Below, piece by piece: positions 49,281 through 58,993 of a DNA stretch of 64,000 bases (the stretch's first letter is position 1; the number at the start of each line of letters is the position of its first letter). A program made the translations under genes and the position numbers. The notes beneath the pieces were generated by a model. That model worked only from the letters and a program-made list of their open reading frames with translations. It had not been told where the DNA came from and searched no databases. Source of the DNA: an uncultured Dehalococcoidia bacterium (GTDB lineage Bacteria; Chloroflexota; Dehalococcoidia; Lucifugimonadales; UBA2985); the NCBI GenBank assembly GCA_964573055.1, contig CAZNIG010000007.1:11545-75544 (forward strand), in the 5' to 3' direction.

Positions 49281-50090
49281 TCACAAGAATTTATCCTTAA
49301 GCCATTCTAATGTAGCTTCGATTGCCGTATTTTCGCTTCGAAATCTGTGCCCCACACCTTTCAGGACACGCATCTCCTTAGGCTCGCCTGCTTCCCTGTA
49401 AAGGGAATACACATTTTCAAGTGGAACGACATCATCTGAGTCGCCATGCAATAGGAATATTGGCCTAGGTGATATCCGATCTATCCACTTTAGTGGGCTA
49501 ATCTGCTCCCCTTCCCGTGCCCAGGCATCAACAGATGGCGGAAATTCCTGTTCCCGTATTAAACCCATCAGACGAAGACGTTCTAAAGCTTCTACCGGAT
49601 TTGAACGCCTGACCATAGAGGCGGGGCTGGCGAATGCAACCAAGCCAGCCACGTCTTGGCTTATGGCAGCCACATAAATTGCTACTGCAGCCCCCAAACT
49701 TGATCCAAGCAGTATTATACGATTTCCATCCACTTCCGTTCTTTTGCTCATAACAGATATTACGGACTGAAGGTCGAGCGCCCATCCCAAGTGATGAAAG
49801 TTCCCACCGCTGTCACCTGTGCCACGAAAATTAAATATCATTGTGGCAAAGCCTTCCCAGGCACACCATTCTGCAACCTCAGGGTAAGTCAATCCATCTA
49901 TATCTTCATTCTCTGATTGCCCTTGAACAGATCTCCCGGCAGGCATACCATGACAGATCACCAGTCCAGGACTTACAATTCGCCCTTGAGGTGTGAACAG
50001 CGCTGCATCCAGGGATACCCCATTGCTATCTATACTTAATTTTTCATGAGAAACCATTAAGATTTTTGCCTCGTACATCTGTATAACCAT
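49281..50090 (-). CDS. Alpha/beta hydrolase (dienelactone-hydrolase/peptidase S9-like)
   Basis: Nucleophile elbow GSSLGA, then D (HGDSDDVVP) and H (GVGHRF). Confidence 0.75.
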   Translation of the reverse strand: MVIQMYEAKILMVSHEKLSIDSNGVSLDAALFTPQGRIVSPGLVICHGMPAGRSVQGQSENEDIDGLTYPEVAEWCAWEGFATMIFNFRGTGDSGGNFHHLGWALDLQSVISVMSKRTEVDGNRIILLGSSLGAAVAIYVAAISQDVAGLVAFASPASMVRRSNPVEALERLRLMGLIREQEFPPSVDAWAREGEQISPLKWIDRISPRPIFLLHGDSDDVVPLENVYSLYREAGEPKEMRVLKGVGHRFRSENTAIEATLEWLKDKFL

Positions 50091-50224
50091 CACGAAACTA
50101 AATAATCTTACAGGATTGTATCATTAGCTTCAAAGTACCAGGTCATTTAAATAACATTTCCTGGCTTAAGCCACGTGTCGTATAATCTAACATTGTCAGC
50201 GAATTTGATTTAAGGAGCAATACA

Positions 50225-52834
50225 GTGACCACTCAAAATGCTTATCGATTATCAGATAACATACTGCCTACAAGCTACGACATTAGATTAACCCCGAATT
50301 TGGATAACTTCACGTTCCTGGGAGAGGAGAGCATTGTGATTAATGTTTCCAAACCCACAGATCGGATCACTGTAAATGCCACTGAACTCGAAATATTGGG
50401 AGCACAACTCGCCACAGGAGATGGTGTTACAGTAACCCCTGAAACAATCAACTTAGATGATAACTACGAGACAGCCTCATTCGTGTTCAATCAGCCTATC
50501 GAACCAGGAACCATGACACTGAGTATACAGTTCACTGGAACCTTGAACGACCAGCTCCGGGGCTTTTATAGAAGCCATTACACTAACCCGGAAGGGGTAC
50601 AGCAAACACTTGCCACCACACAATTTGAAGCCACAGACGCTAGGAGGGCCTTCCCTTGCTGGGATGACCCAGCAGTAAAGGCTAAGTTCAAAGTTACATT
50701 GGTCATACCTGAAAACTTAGTAGCGATATCCAACACCCCAATCGAAAGCGAAACGCCTGAAGAAAATGGCACAAAGGCAATCCTGTTTGCTGAAACACCC
50801 AAAATGTCAACGTACCTCCTAGCCTTCATTGTTGGTGACTTTGCGTCCGTAGAACAAATCGCACCAAACGGCACACTGGTTCGAGTGTGGGCTACCAGGG
50901 GGAAAGAAGAACAGGGTCGGTTCGCGATGGAAAATGCAGTAGGACTGCTCAACTACTTCAATTCATATTTCGGAATTCCGTACCCTTTACCTAAGCTTGA
51001 TCATATTGCAATCCCAGATTTCGCAGCGGGAGCGATGGAAAACTGGGGTGCAATAACTTACAGAGAAACAGCCCTCCTCTACGACCCACAAAACTCGTCT
51101 GCAAGCACTCGCCAACGCATCATGGAAGTAGTTTCCCATGAAATGGCACATATGTGGTTCGGTGATCTTGTAACTATGGAATGGTGGGACGATCTTTGGC
51201 TAAACGAAAGTTTCGCTTCATGGATGGGCGACAAAGCAGTGGACCATCAGTACCCAGAATGGAATATGTGGACTCAGTTCGTTTTCCAGGACACTAATTC
51301 AGGTTTAAGTCTAGATGGCCTCAGGAATTCCCATCCAATAGAAGCTAAAGTTGAGGACCCAGCACAGATTCGCGAGCTTTTTGATGCCATCAGCTACAGC
51401 AAGGGTGGAGCCACATTAAGAATGCTTGAGGATTTTCTTGGAGCCGACCTATTCCAGAAAGGCCTTCAGCAATATATATCTGCCAACCAATATGGTAACG
51501 CACGCACAGAAGATCTTTGGAAAGCCCTAGACAATGTATCAGGTCAGCCCGTAACAGACATTATGAATACTTGGGTCAAACAAACAGGTTATCCCGTAAT
51601 TCAGTGCGAGTACCATCAGCACGGTGAACAGTTGCACGTAGAGTTGTCACAAAGTCGCTTTCTATACGATAACCTCCTAGATGAAGGGAATGACAATACT
51701 CTTTGGCAGATCCCATTTCGAGTTATTGCACCAGACGCGGCCGGAAGCGCTTCTGGCCTTATGTCATCTAAAGATGATGATTTAACCTTAACAAACCCCA
51801 GTGGCAGCAACAGTGATTATTGGATCAAACTAAACGCAGGCCAAACTGGGTTTTACAGAGTAAATTACAGCCCTGAAGGATGGAGCAATCTGCGATCCGC
51901 TATAGAGAACCACAAGCTTCCTGCAGTAGATAGGCTTGGGATTCAAAACGACGCCTATGCTCTTGTGCGAGGAGGCTATCTTCCTGCCACGGATTTTCTG
52001 TCAATTATAGAAGCCTACAAAAACGAAGTGGATTCGTCTGTCTGGAGCGATCTGGCCACTAATTTGAGAGGCATGGAAAATCTACTGTCTGATGAACCTT
52101 GGCTCACACAATTCCGGAACAGTGCAAGGCTTCTGTTCAGTAATATATCCAAAAAAGTTGGCTGGGATCCCTCCCAAAACGAAGGTCACCTAGATTCAAT
52201 ACTAAGGACAGTTGTATTAGGTCAAGCTGGCTCGTACGGCGACTCCGAAGTAATAGGTGAGGCCCAGAAAAAGTTCAGTGAATTTCTTAACGACCCGACG
52301 GCAGTACACCCTGACCTGAGAGGTGTCGTATACGGGCTGGTAGCCCAAGAAGGAGATCAAACTGCTTACGACACACTATGGGACCTTGAACGAAATGCAG
52401 CTTTACACGAGGAGAGAATGAGGATTTTGGGAGCCCTGACTCGCTTCCAAAACCCAGATTTACTCAGTGACCTACTACGCCGATCTATATCAGAGGACGT
52501 CCGGTCACAGGATTCGGTACTAGTTATAGTGTCAGTTGCAGGTAATAGATTAGGGAAATCCTTGGCATGGGATTTTATTAGAGATAACTGGGGAGAACTG
52601 GACCGTCGATACGGCCGCGGCGGATTCGCCATTATGCGCCTGGTGGGTATCACTGGCGCATTCACAACATTGGAACGAGCAGACGAGGTCGAATCATTTT
52701 TTAAGAATAACCCAGCCCCCTCGGCACAACGAACCATACAGCAGGCATTGGAGCGAATCAGGTTAAACTCTAGATGGCTGGAATTAAACCGCGACGGGCT
52801 GAAAGAATGGTTTGACAAGAACACGTACTCATAG
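50225..52834 (+). CDS. pepN: M1-family aminopeptidase N
   Basis: GAMENWG exopeptidase motif and HEMAHMWFGDLVTMEWWDDLWLNESFA zinc site, with an ERAP1-like C-terminal domain. GTG start with AAGGAG upstream. Confidence 0.9.
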   Translation: MTTQNAYRLSDNILPTSYDIRLTPNLDNFTFLGEESIVINVSKPTDRITVNATELEILGAQLATGDGVTVTPETINLDDNYETASFVFNQPIEPGTMTLSIQFTGTLNDQLRGFYRSHYTNPEGVQQTLATTQFEATDARRAFPCWDDPAVKAKFKVTLVIPENLVAISNTPIESETPEENGTKAILFAETPKMSTYLLAFIVGDFASVEQIAPNGTLVRVWATRGKEEQGRFAMENAVGLLNYFNSYFGIPYPLPKLDHIAIPDFAAGAMENWGAITYRETALLYDPQNSSASTRQRIMEVVSHEMAHMWFGDLVTMEWWDDLWLNESFASWMGDKAVDHQYPEWNMWTQFVFQDTNSGLSLDGLRNSHPIEAKVEDPAQIRELFDAISYSKGGATLRMLEDFLGADLFQKGLQQYISANQYGNARTEDLWKALDNVSGQPVTDIMNTWVKQTGYPVIQCEYHQHGEQLHVELSQSRFLYDNLLDEGNDNTLWQIPFRVIAPDAAGSASGLMSSKDDDLTLTNPSGSNSDYWIKLNAGQTGFYRVNYSPEGWSNLRSAIENHKLPAVDRLGIQNDAYALVRGGYLPATDFLSIIEAYKNEVDSSVWSDLATNLRGMENLLSDEPWLTQFRNSARLLFSNISKKVGWDPSQNEGHLDSILRTVVLGQAGSYGDSEVIGEAQKKFSEFLNDPTAVHPDLRGVVYGLVAQEGDQTAYDTLWDLERNAALHEERMRILGALTRFQNPDLLSDLLRRSISEDVRSQDSVLVIVSVAGNRLGKSLAWDFIRDNWGELDRRYGRGGFAIMRLVGITGAFTTLERADEVESFFKNNPAPSAQRTIQQALERIRLNSRWLELNRDGLKEWFDKNTYS

Positions 52835-52849
52835 GCTTTTCACTATAGT

Positions 52850-52866
52850 GCCCTTTGATAAAGGGC
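52850..52866 (+). terminator. Short hairpin after pepN
   Basis: GCCCTTT-GAT-AAAGGGC, 7-bp stem, 15 nt after the pepN stop. No U-tract. Confidence 0.3.
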
Positions 52867-52874
52867 TAAAGACA

Positions 52875-52883
52875 TGTTATAAT
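52875..52883 (+). promoter_or_regulatory. Extended -10 promoter element (TGtTATAAT) for the Mo-hydroxylase operon
   Basis: TGTTATAAT lies 27 nt upstream of ATG 52910, and an AGGA RBS follows it. Confidence 0.3.
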
Positions 52884-52909
52884 TTCTGCACCCTAAACAA
52901 GGACGAGCT

Positions 52910-53785
52910 ATGCAAGATTTTGAATATGTAGCACCCAATAACCTTAAGGACGCAGTCGGCCTGATGGCCGAAAAGGGAGACAAAGCCAAGGCGCTAGCAG
53001 GAGGAACCGACGTACTGGTTCAACTGCGCGGAGGCCGCTTTCAGATAGAACGCCTAGTAGACGTTAAGAACGTGCCGGAAATGAACGAGCTCTCGTTCTC
53101 TGAAACCGACGGACTTACACTGGGAGCTGCTGTTCCCTGTTACCGCGTCTACGAAGACGAATTGATACAGAAAAGGTACCCAATACTAGTGGATTCTTCC
53201 ACCCTCATAGGCGGCACGCAAATACAAGGACGCGCCGGACTTGGAGGAAACCTTTTCAACTCCTCCCCCAGCGCCGATGGGATACCATCCCTTATTGCAC
53301 TCGGTGCACAGGCGGTGGTGGCTGGACCAAACGGGCAACGAACAATACCCGTAGATGAGTTCTGCACAGCCCCGGGCAGAAATTCTGTGCAGCCCGGTGA
53401 GCTACTAGTGGCGATAAAATTCCCTGCCCCACCAGCCAACTCAGGGGCTAGATTCCTAAGGTTCATCCCCAGAAACGAGATGGACATAGCGGTCGTTAAC
53501 TGCGCTGCATCTGTTGTACTGGATGATAGTAAAAAAACCATCCAATCAGCCAGGATAGCGCTTGGAGCAGTAGCGCCAACGCCAGTCCTTGCCAAAGAGG
53601 CAGGTAACTTGCTAGCAGGTAAGGAAGCAAATGAAGCCTCTATCCTAGAGGCAGCTGAAGCAGCAAAAAGCTCCGCCAGTCCTATAGGAGACATGAGGGG
53701 TACCATAAAACAAAGAGTACACCTCGTAGGTATTCTCACTAAGCGAGCCTTGCAGACCGCGATATCAAGAGCGAGGGAAGGATAA
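52910..53785 (+). CDS. Molybdenum hydroxylase FAD-binding (medium) subunit, CoxM/XdhB-like
   Basis: FAD-binding PCMH-type fold: ALAGGTDVLVQLR..., C-terminal CO_deh_flav_C-like DMRGT. Confidence 0.85.
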   Translation: MQDFEYVAPNNLKDAVGLMAEKGDKAKALAGGTDVLVQLRGGRFQIERLVDVKNVPEMNELSFSETDGLTLGAAVPCYRVYEDELIQKRYPILVDSSTLIGGTQIQGRAGLGGNLFNSSPSADGIPSLIALGAQAVVAGPNGQRTIPVDEFCTAPGRNSVQPGELLVAIKFPAPPANSGARFLRFIPRNEMDIAVVNCAASVVLDDSKKTIQSARIALGAVAPTPVLAKEAGNLLAGKEANEASILEAAEAAKSSASPIGDMRGTIKQRVHLVGILTKRALQTAISRAREG

Positions 53786-53790
53786 CACTC

Positions 53791-54270
53791 ATGACAGATA
53801 AAGTTCACGTACGCACTACAATTAATGACTCAGATGTTGACTTCCTCTGCGAAAGCCGACAGAGCCTTCTGGAAGTACTCCGCGACGTCGTAGGAATGAC
53901 CGGTACTAAAGAAGGATGCAATGACGGAAACTGCGGCGCATGCACCGTGGAGTTGGACGGAAGAATAGTCGACTCATGCTGCGTGCTAGGTGTCGAGGCT
54001 AACGGCAAGACTATAACTACGATAGAAGGTGTCGCTACTCCAGAAGGACTCCACCCTCTACAACAAGCGTTCCTAGAAGAAGCCGCTCTCCAGTGCGGTA
54101 TCTGCACACCAGGATTTATCGTTGCCGCCAAGAGCCTGCTCGAAAAGGAGCCTGACGCAGATGAAGAGAGGATAAGGTTCTGGTTGGCCGGAAATCTGTG
54201 CCGCTGCACAGGATACGACAAGATAGTAAGAGCAGTACTCAAAGCCGGAGCAGAGCTAAGGAAGAAATAG
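53791..54270 (+). CDS. Molybdenum hydroxylase [2Fe-2S] (small) subunit, CoxS-like
   Basis: Cys clusters CNDGNCGACTV and CGICTPG ... CRCTGY. Confidence 0.9.
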   Translation: MTDKVHVRTTINDSDVDFLCESRQSLLEVLRDVVGMTGTKEGCNDGNCGACTVELDGRIVDSCCVLGVEANGKTITTIEGVATPEGLHPLQQAFLEEAALQCGICTPGFIVAAKSLLEKEPDADEERIRFWLAGNLCRCTGYDKIVRAVLKAGAELRKK

Positions 54271-54274
54271 AAAT

Positions 54275-56590
54275 ATGAGCACAACTTACACTAACAAACA
54301 ATCAGCAGAAACCAGCAAATACAATGTGGTCGGCACCAGACCGATAAGGCACGACGGATACGACAAGGTCACCGGTCGCGCTAGGTTCGGGGCAGATTTG
54401 GTCATGGCTGGTCAGTTACACGGCAGAATTCTACGCAGCCCACACGCCCATGCCCGCATACTGTCTATTGACACAAGCAAAGCCGAAGCCCTGGAAGGCG
54501 TTATGGCGGTCGCCACTGCCAAGGATTTCCCCGTGATACAAGACCGGATATTGGACTTTGCGGAATCCCAAAGCAGCGTTAGGATGCAGGCTGAAAACCT
54601 GCTAGCACACGACAAAGCGCTGTACCAAGGACATGCTATAGCGGCCGTGGCTGCAATCAACCCTCACATAGCAGAGGAAGCCCTTAAGTTAATCGATGTA
54701 GAATTCGAGGTATTGCCGTCGGTTATAACCGCGGATGAAGCTATGAAAGAAGATGCCCCTATTCTTCACGATAGTCTTACGACAATGTTCAAAGTAGACC
54801 GCTTTGGAGCAGGCGATAACACCGGAGTAAATAGTAATATCGCCTCCCACGTACAGATCACACGTGGAGACATACAACAGGGATTCAAGGAAGCGGATTT
54901 AGTAATTGAAAGATCATTCACAACTCAAACCGTGCACCAAGGATACATCGAGCCATTCGCATGTTCCGCACAGTGGTCCACCGATGGCCACCTCACTATA
55001 TGGTGCAGCACGCAGGCCATATTCGGTATAAGAGGGGCCACATCTGCAATACTGAATATTGCTGAATCCGACATCAAGGTAATACCAATGGAAATAGGCG
55101 GCGGATTCGGAGGTAAGTTGACTACCTACCTCGAACCAATCGCGGCAGTTCTAGCTAGAAAGAGCGGACACGCAGTAAAGATGGTCATGAATCGTAAAGA
55201 GGTATTCGAGGCAACTGGCCCGACTTCTGGTTCTACCATGAGATGCAAAATTGGAGCTGACAAGAGCGGCCAAATCACTGCTATAGAGCTCTGGATGGCA
55301 TACGAAGCCGGCGCTTACCCGGGCTCACCTATAGCTGGGGGAGTGTTCACTGCTACCGGACCATACAACATCGAGAACTTCGCGATCGACGGGTTGGACG
55401 TGGTAGTTAATAAGCCAAAATCTCAGGCATACCGAGCACCAGGTCAGCCAGCGGCTAACTACGCTGTGGAAACTGTACTGGATGAGATCGCTGAAAAGCT
55501 TGGGATCGATCCTCTCGAGTTGCGTATAAAGAATAAGGCTAGCGATGGGGACAGAGCGCCAGCAGGCGTACCTCACACGAGCCTCGGCCTGGATGATCTT
55601 CATCAAGCGATGAAGGACCACCCACAATACAAAACACCGTTAACTGGCCCCAACCAAGGCAGGGGCATAGCAATCGGTTACAGGCTGAACGGTGGCGGAA
55701 GCGGATCGTCAGCCACAATCAACGTGACCGCAAATGGGACCATACAGCTAATAACTGGGTCTATGGATATTGGAGGAACACGGGCAGCCGTATCAATGCA
55801 AGCTGCAGAAATACTCGGCATTTCTGCCGAAGACGTGACCCCCACCGTAGTAGATACAGACTCAGTAGGATGGACCGGTGGGACAGGAGGAAGCAGAATA
55901 GCTTTCGACACGGGGCTCGCCGCGATTCGAGCGGCAGAAGAAGTAATCAAGCAAATGAAGATCAGGGCATCCATGGTCTGGGAGGCCAAGCCAGAGGATG
56001 TGGAATTTGCTGACGGCGTCTTCACTAGGCTAAGCAACCCAGAGGATAAACTGACCTTCAAACAGCTGGCCGCCAAGAACATGGACACTGGTGGACCAGT
56101 AACGTGCTCTGCGTCAGATAGACAAGGCGGAGTAGGCCCTACATTCGCTGGGAATATTGTAGACGTAGAAGTTGATCCAGAAACCGGAAAGGTAGAGGTT
56201 CTTCGCGTAACAGCCTTCATGGACGCAGGAACCGCAGTTCACCCCTCGTACGTAGAAGGTCAAATGCAAGGATCAACCGTTCAGGGTATTGGGTGGGCGC
56301 TTAACGAGGAGTATTTCTACAATCCTGGCAACTCATTCGCCAACTCCACATTCTTGGATTACCGTATGCCAACCACCCTTGATCTACCCATGATAGACAC
56401 AGTAATCATTGAGAAACCTAATCCTAGACACCCATTCGGGCTGCGAGGAGTAGGAGAAATCCCGATAGTACCAATAGTGGCGGCGGTAGCAAACGCCGTG
56501 TATCACGCGACTGGCACTAGAATGACGGACTTGCCAATGTCACCTGGTAACATACTAGAGACAAAGTGGCAGAACGGATCTGACAAATAG
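54275..56590 (+). CDS. Xanthine dehydrogenase/aldehyde oxidase-family molybdopterin-binding (large) subunit
   Basis: GRARFGADL, EIGGGFGGK, QAYRAPGQP, GVGEIP motifs. It lacks the CODH form I AYxCSFR loop. Confidence 0.9.
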   Translation: MSTTYTNKQSAETSKYNVVGTRPIRHDGYDKVTGRARFGADLVMAGQLHGRILRSPHAHARILSIDTSKAEALEGVMAVATAKDFPVIQDRILDFAESQSSVRMQAENLLAHDKALYQGHAIAAVAAINPHIAEEALKLIDVEFEVLPSVITADEAMKEDAPILHDSLTTMFKVDRFGAGDNTGVNSNIASHVQITRGDIQQGFKEADLVIERSFTTQTVHQGYIEPFACSAQWSTDGHLTIWCSTQAIFGIRGATSAILNIAESDIKVIPMEIGGGFGGKLTTYLEPIAAVLARKSGHAVKMVMNRKEVFEATGPTSGSTMRCKIGADKSGQITAIELWMAYEAGAYPGSPIAGGVFTATGPYNIENFAIDGLDVVVNKPKSQAYRAPGQPAANYAVETVLDEIAEKLGIDPLELRIKNKASDGDRAPAGVPHTSLGLDDLHQAMKDHPQYKTPLTGPNQGRGIAIGYRLNGGGSGSSATINVTANGTIQLITGSMDIGGTRAAVSMQAAEILGISAEDVTPTVVDTDSVGWTGGTGGSRIAFDTGLAAIRAAEEVIKQMKIRASMVWEAKPEDVEFADGVFTRLSNPEDKLTFKQLAAKNMDTGGPVTCSASDRQGGVGPTFAGNIVDVEVDPETGKVEVLRVTAFMDAGTAVHPSYVEGQMQGSTVQGIGWALNEEYFYNPGNSFANSTFLDYRMPTTLDLPMIDTVIIEKPNPRHPFGLRGVGEIPIVPIVAAVANAVYHATGTRMTDLPMSPGNILETKWQNGSDK

Positions 56591-56597
56591 CCGTCGC

Positions 56598-56867
56598 ATG
56601 GCAACTGTCTGGATACTTCCAACACTACAGGTGTTTACTGCTGGAAAAGACAAAGTTCTGGCGCACGGCACAACCGTGCGCCAGATCATTGATAGCTTGG
56701 ATCAACAGCACCCCGGTATCAAGAAAGTTCTCCTTAACGAAGAGGGCAGCCGCGTAAATCCTGGAGTAGCCGTGGTTGTGGATGGCGAAACTAGTAGTCT
56801 CGGCCTACTGGAGCAAGTGAAGGAAAACTCCGAGATCCACTTTATACATGCTATAAGCGGAGGATGA
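56598..56867 (+). CDS. MoaD/ThiS-family beta-grasp sulfur-carrier-like protein (C-terminal GG)
   Basis: 89 aa, ends ...IHFIHAISGG. Internal VAVVVDGE... is typical of MoaD/ThiS. Starts 8 nt after the large-subunit stop. Confidence 0.75.
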   Translation: MATVWILPTLQVFTAGKDKVLAHGTTVRQIIDSLDQQHPGIKKVLLNEEGSRVNPGVAVVVDGETSSLGLLEQVKENSEIHFIHAISGG

Positions 56868-56968
56868 TCTAAGACTGCAAGTGGTCTAGTAGACTGACCT
56901 CCAATAATTGCACACCTCTCAGCCTTCTAGACGCGATAAGCAGAAACGCTAATCTAAAAGCATTCGGC

Positions 56969-57796
56969 CTATTCTGACTTCAATCTATAAGTAGCCGGCA
57001 CCTCTTCTACCAATTTGTCTTTAACCAGCTTAGAAAGGTGAGTTCGTACGTTTCCGGCAGCAGCACGGCGTAGTCCCTTCTTTAGATTGCGCGGATATAT
57101 ATCCCTCACCATATCATCCACATCTACTATCCCCTTCTGCAACGCAGCCAACACTTCAGATTCTCTTTGATTACGATGTTTTATATACCATGGTATAAGA
57201 CGCGAGCCTCTTGGCTTTGGAACAATTGGGCCATGCGCCGGACAAATAATTTCCACCCTAAACGCAGATAGTTTTTCCAAGGATTTCATATAACTGGACA
57301 GATCCCGAACCGTCGATGAAGATGCGCCCAGTATAGTATCCCCTGTAAACATGATCCGCTCTCGCGCTAAGTAATAGCAAACGTGATCCTCTTCGTGGCC
57401 TGGCGTAAATATTGATCGAAGGACCACGTTTCCTCCGGTGCGTAAACGTTCATTGGCTTTCAATTTGATAACGTTCTGCTCTCCGACCACAGCAGATAGT
57501 CGCTTCACAAGTTTCGGGTGACATCGAACCGGGGCATTAACAACCTCGAAAACCCGATCAAGGCCTCCTATATGATCCCCGTGGCCATGAGTGATAGCTA
57601 TTGCAGTGATTTTAGGACTACCCAATTCCCTGTAAGCATCCAGAATTTGTTTGGTCCAATCCTGATCGTGCTCACCTGTATCCAATATGATCATTTCTTG
57701 TGCCGGGTCGCCAACAAAATAAATATTGGAGCCCCCTGGATGCGAAACAGCCGTATCGGCGATGTGAACTGCATGTACACCGGTAGAAACCTCCAT
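56969..57796 (-). CDS. MBL-fold metallo-hydrolase
   Basis: HGHGDH metal motif, downstream TPGHEEDH and CPAHG. AGGAGGT precedes the ATG. Confidence 0.8.
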   Translation of the reverse strand: MEVSTGVHAVHIADTAVSHPGGSNIYFVGDPAQEMIILDTGEHDQDWTKQILDAYRELGSPKITAIAITHGHGDHIGGLDRVFEVVNAPVRCHPKLVKRLSAVVGEQNVIKLKANERLRTGGNVVLRSIFTPGHEEDHVCYYLARERIMFTGDTILGASSSTVRDLSSYMKSLEKLSAFRVEIICPAHGPIVPKPRGSRLIPWYIKHRNQRESEVLAALQKGIVDVDDMVRDIYPRNLKKGLRRAAAGNVRTHLSKLVKDKLVEEVPATYRLKSE

Positions 57797-58161
57797 GTCA
57801 GTACCTCCTAGAACTGCTGTCTATATTGTTATCAGAAACAGATAATTTGTCGATCATTAACTCAGTGGCGCAATATAAGGCGTCGGATTTGAAGCATAGG
57901 CGTATCAGGCCTCACCAACTAGCGCAGCAATATTATGATCGCACGCATTCTAGCACATAGCTCTTCTCTCGAATACACCGATATGATTCACGGCTACAAA
58001 GCTATATACAAATGCCAGACCTAAAACTGCGGTCATATTCCAGAGCTTCTGATATAATTTACATATCTGAACCTACCGATAACAGTCTGATATACTAGTA
58101 GTCGGTTTGGATAAAGTAATGCAAGTAAACCAAATACGCTATGGCTTAAGACATTCGAGGA

Positions 58162-58944
58162 ATGGACCCAAATAAATCCGGGCGCCTGATATGGTTAGTT
58201 TCAATACTTCTGGGCTGTTTGATCAGCCTTGCGGTTGGAATGGTTGCATCCAGTCTAATCCTCGGCTCCAGTAAGGATGATTTGCAAAATAAACTCGCGT
58301 TATCGCAGGATACTGCTAGTACATTGCAAGCAGATCTGCAAGAACAAACTTCATCTAACGTTGCCTTAACGGCACTTCTTGGTACAGCCGCCCAGAAAGA
58401 ATCACAACTTGAGGAAGAGATAAATAACTCTAATGATCAACTCGCAGCTACTCAAAATCAATTGGAGCAAATCAAAACTGCTCAAGCCCAACTTGAAGCT
58501 CTTCAGCTAGAGACTCAAGAAATCCGGGAACAATACGCGCTCGGATCCGATAAACTTGAAGATCTCAGAACAATAGGAAACCTGGTGGAATCCCATAGAC
58601 TCCTACTGGTTGAAATCCGAAAGGAACAGCCAAGATCACGAGAGGATGCCCTAAGCCACTGGAGTGCAGTAAGAAAAGTAGCCCTTAAAGCGGATCCTAA
58701 GCTGACTTCACCAGCGGACAAAATCATACTCAGAATTGACAATTTCTTCGATTGGACTGAAAGGGAACCAATCTATTCCATGAGCACCTCTGATGGCTAC
58801 GCAGATGCTTATGCCGAATGGCAAATCATTGACCGGTATACATCCGGCGCTGTAGCCTATGATGAAGCGGTAGCCGATTTCACTAATGAAGCCTTATTGT
58901 CAGTCATAAATCAGCTAGATTCCCTAATAGTAAATCTAGAATAA
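58162..58944 (+). CDS. Membrane-anchored coiled-coil protein, function unknown
   Basis: N-terminal TM (LIWLVSILLGCLISLAVGMVASSLIL), then a Q/E/L-rich heptad-like region of about 120 aa. Confidence 0.5.
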   Translation: MDPNKSGRLIWLVSILLGCLISLAVGMVASSLILGSSKDDLQNKLALSQDTASTLQADLQEQTSSNVALTALLGTAAQKESQLEEEINNSNDQLAATQNQLEQIKTAQAQLEALQLETQEIREQYALGSDKLEDLRTIGNLVESHRLLLVEIRKEQPRSREDALSHWSAVRKVALKADPKLTSPADKIILRIDNFFDWTEREPIYSMSTSDGYADAYAEWQIIDRYTSGAVAYDEAVADFTNEALLSVINQLDSLIVNLE

Positions 58945-58993
58945 CTACAACAATATCAAATGACCATCAATAATTTGGAGCCTGTTTACTAAA

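Noticed and set aside
53149-56220. Long antisense ORFs over the Mo-hydroxylase genes (53149..53808, 53805..54284, 55678..56220)
   Set aside because: All lie fully inside well-supported genes on the opposite strand and have Ser/Pro/Ala/Arg-rich low-complexity translations. This is typical of the complementary frame of biased codons. The same applies elsewhere to 15247..15744, 21451..21963, 30114..30665, 35989..36471 and 46987..47496.
52910-56590. Bona fide aerobic CO dehydrogenase (coxMSL)
   Set aside because: The gene order M-S-L fits. However, the large subunit has QAYRAPGQP at the active-site loop rather than the form I AYxCSFR loop or the form II AYRGAGR loop. No coxDEFG accessory genes follow. 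I called it a generic xanthine/aldehyde-oxidase-family Mo-hydroxylase.
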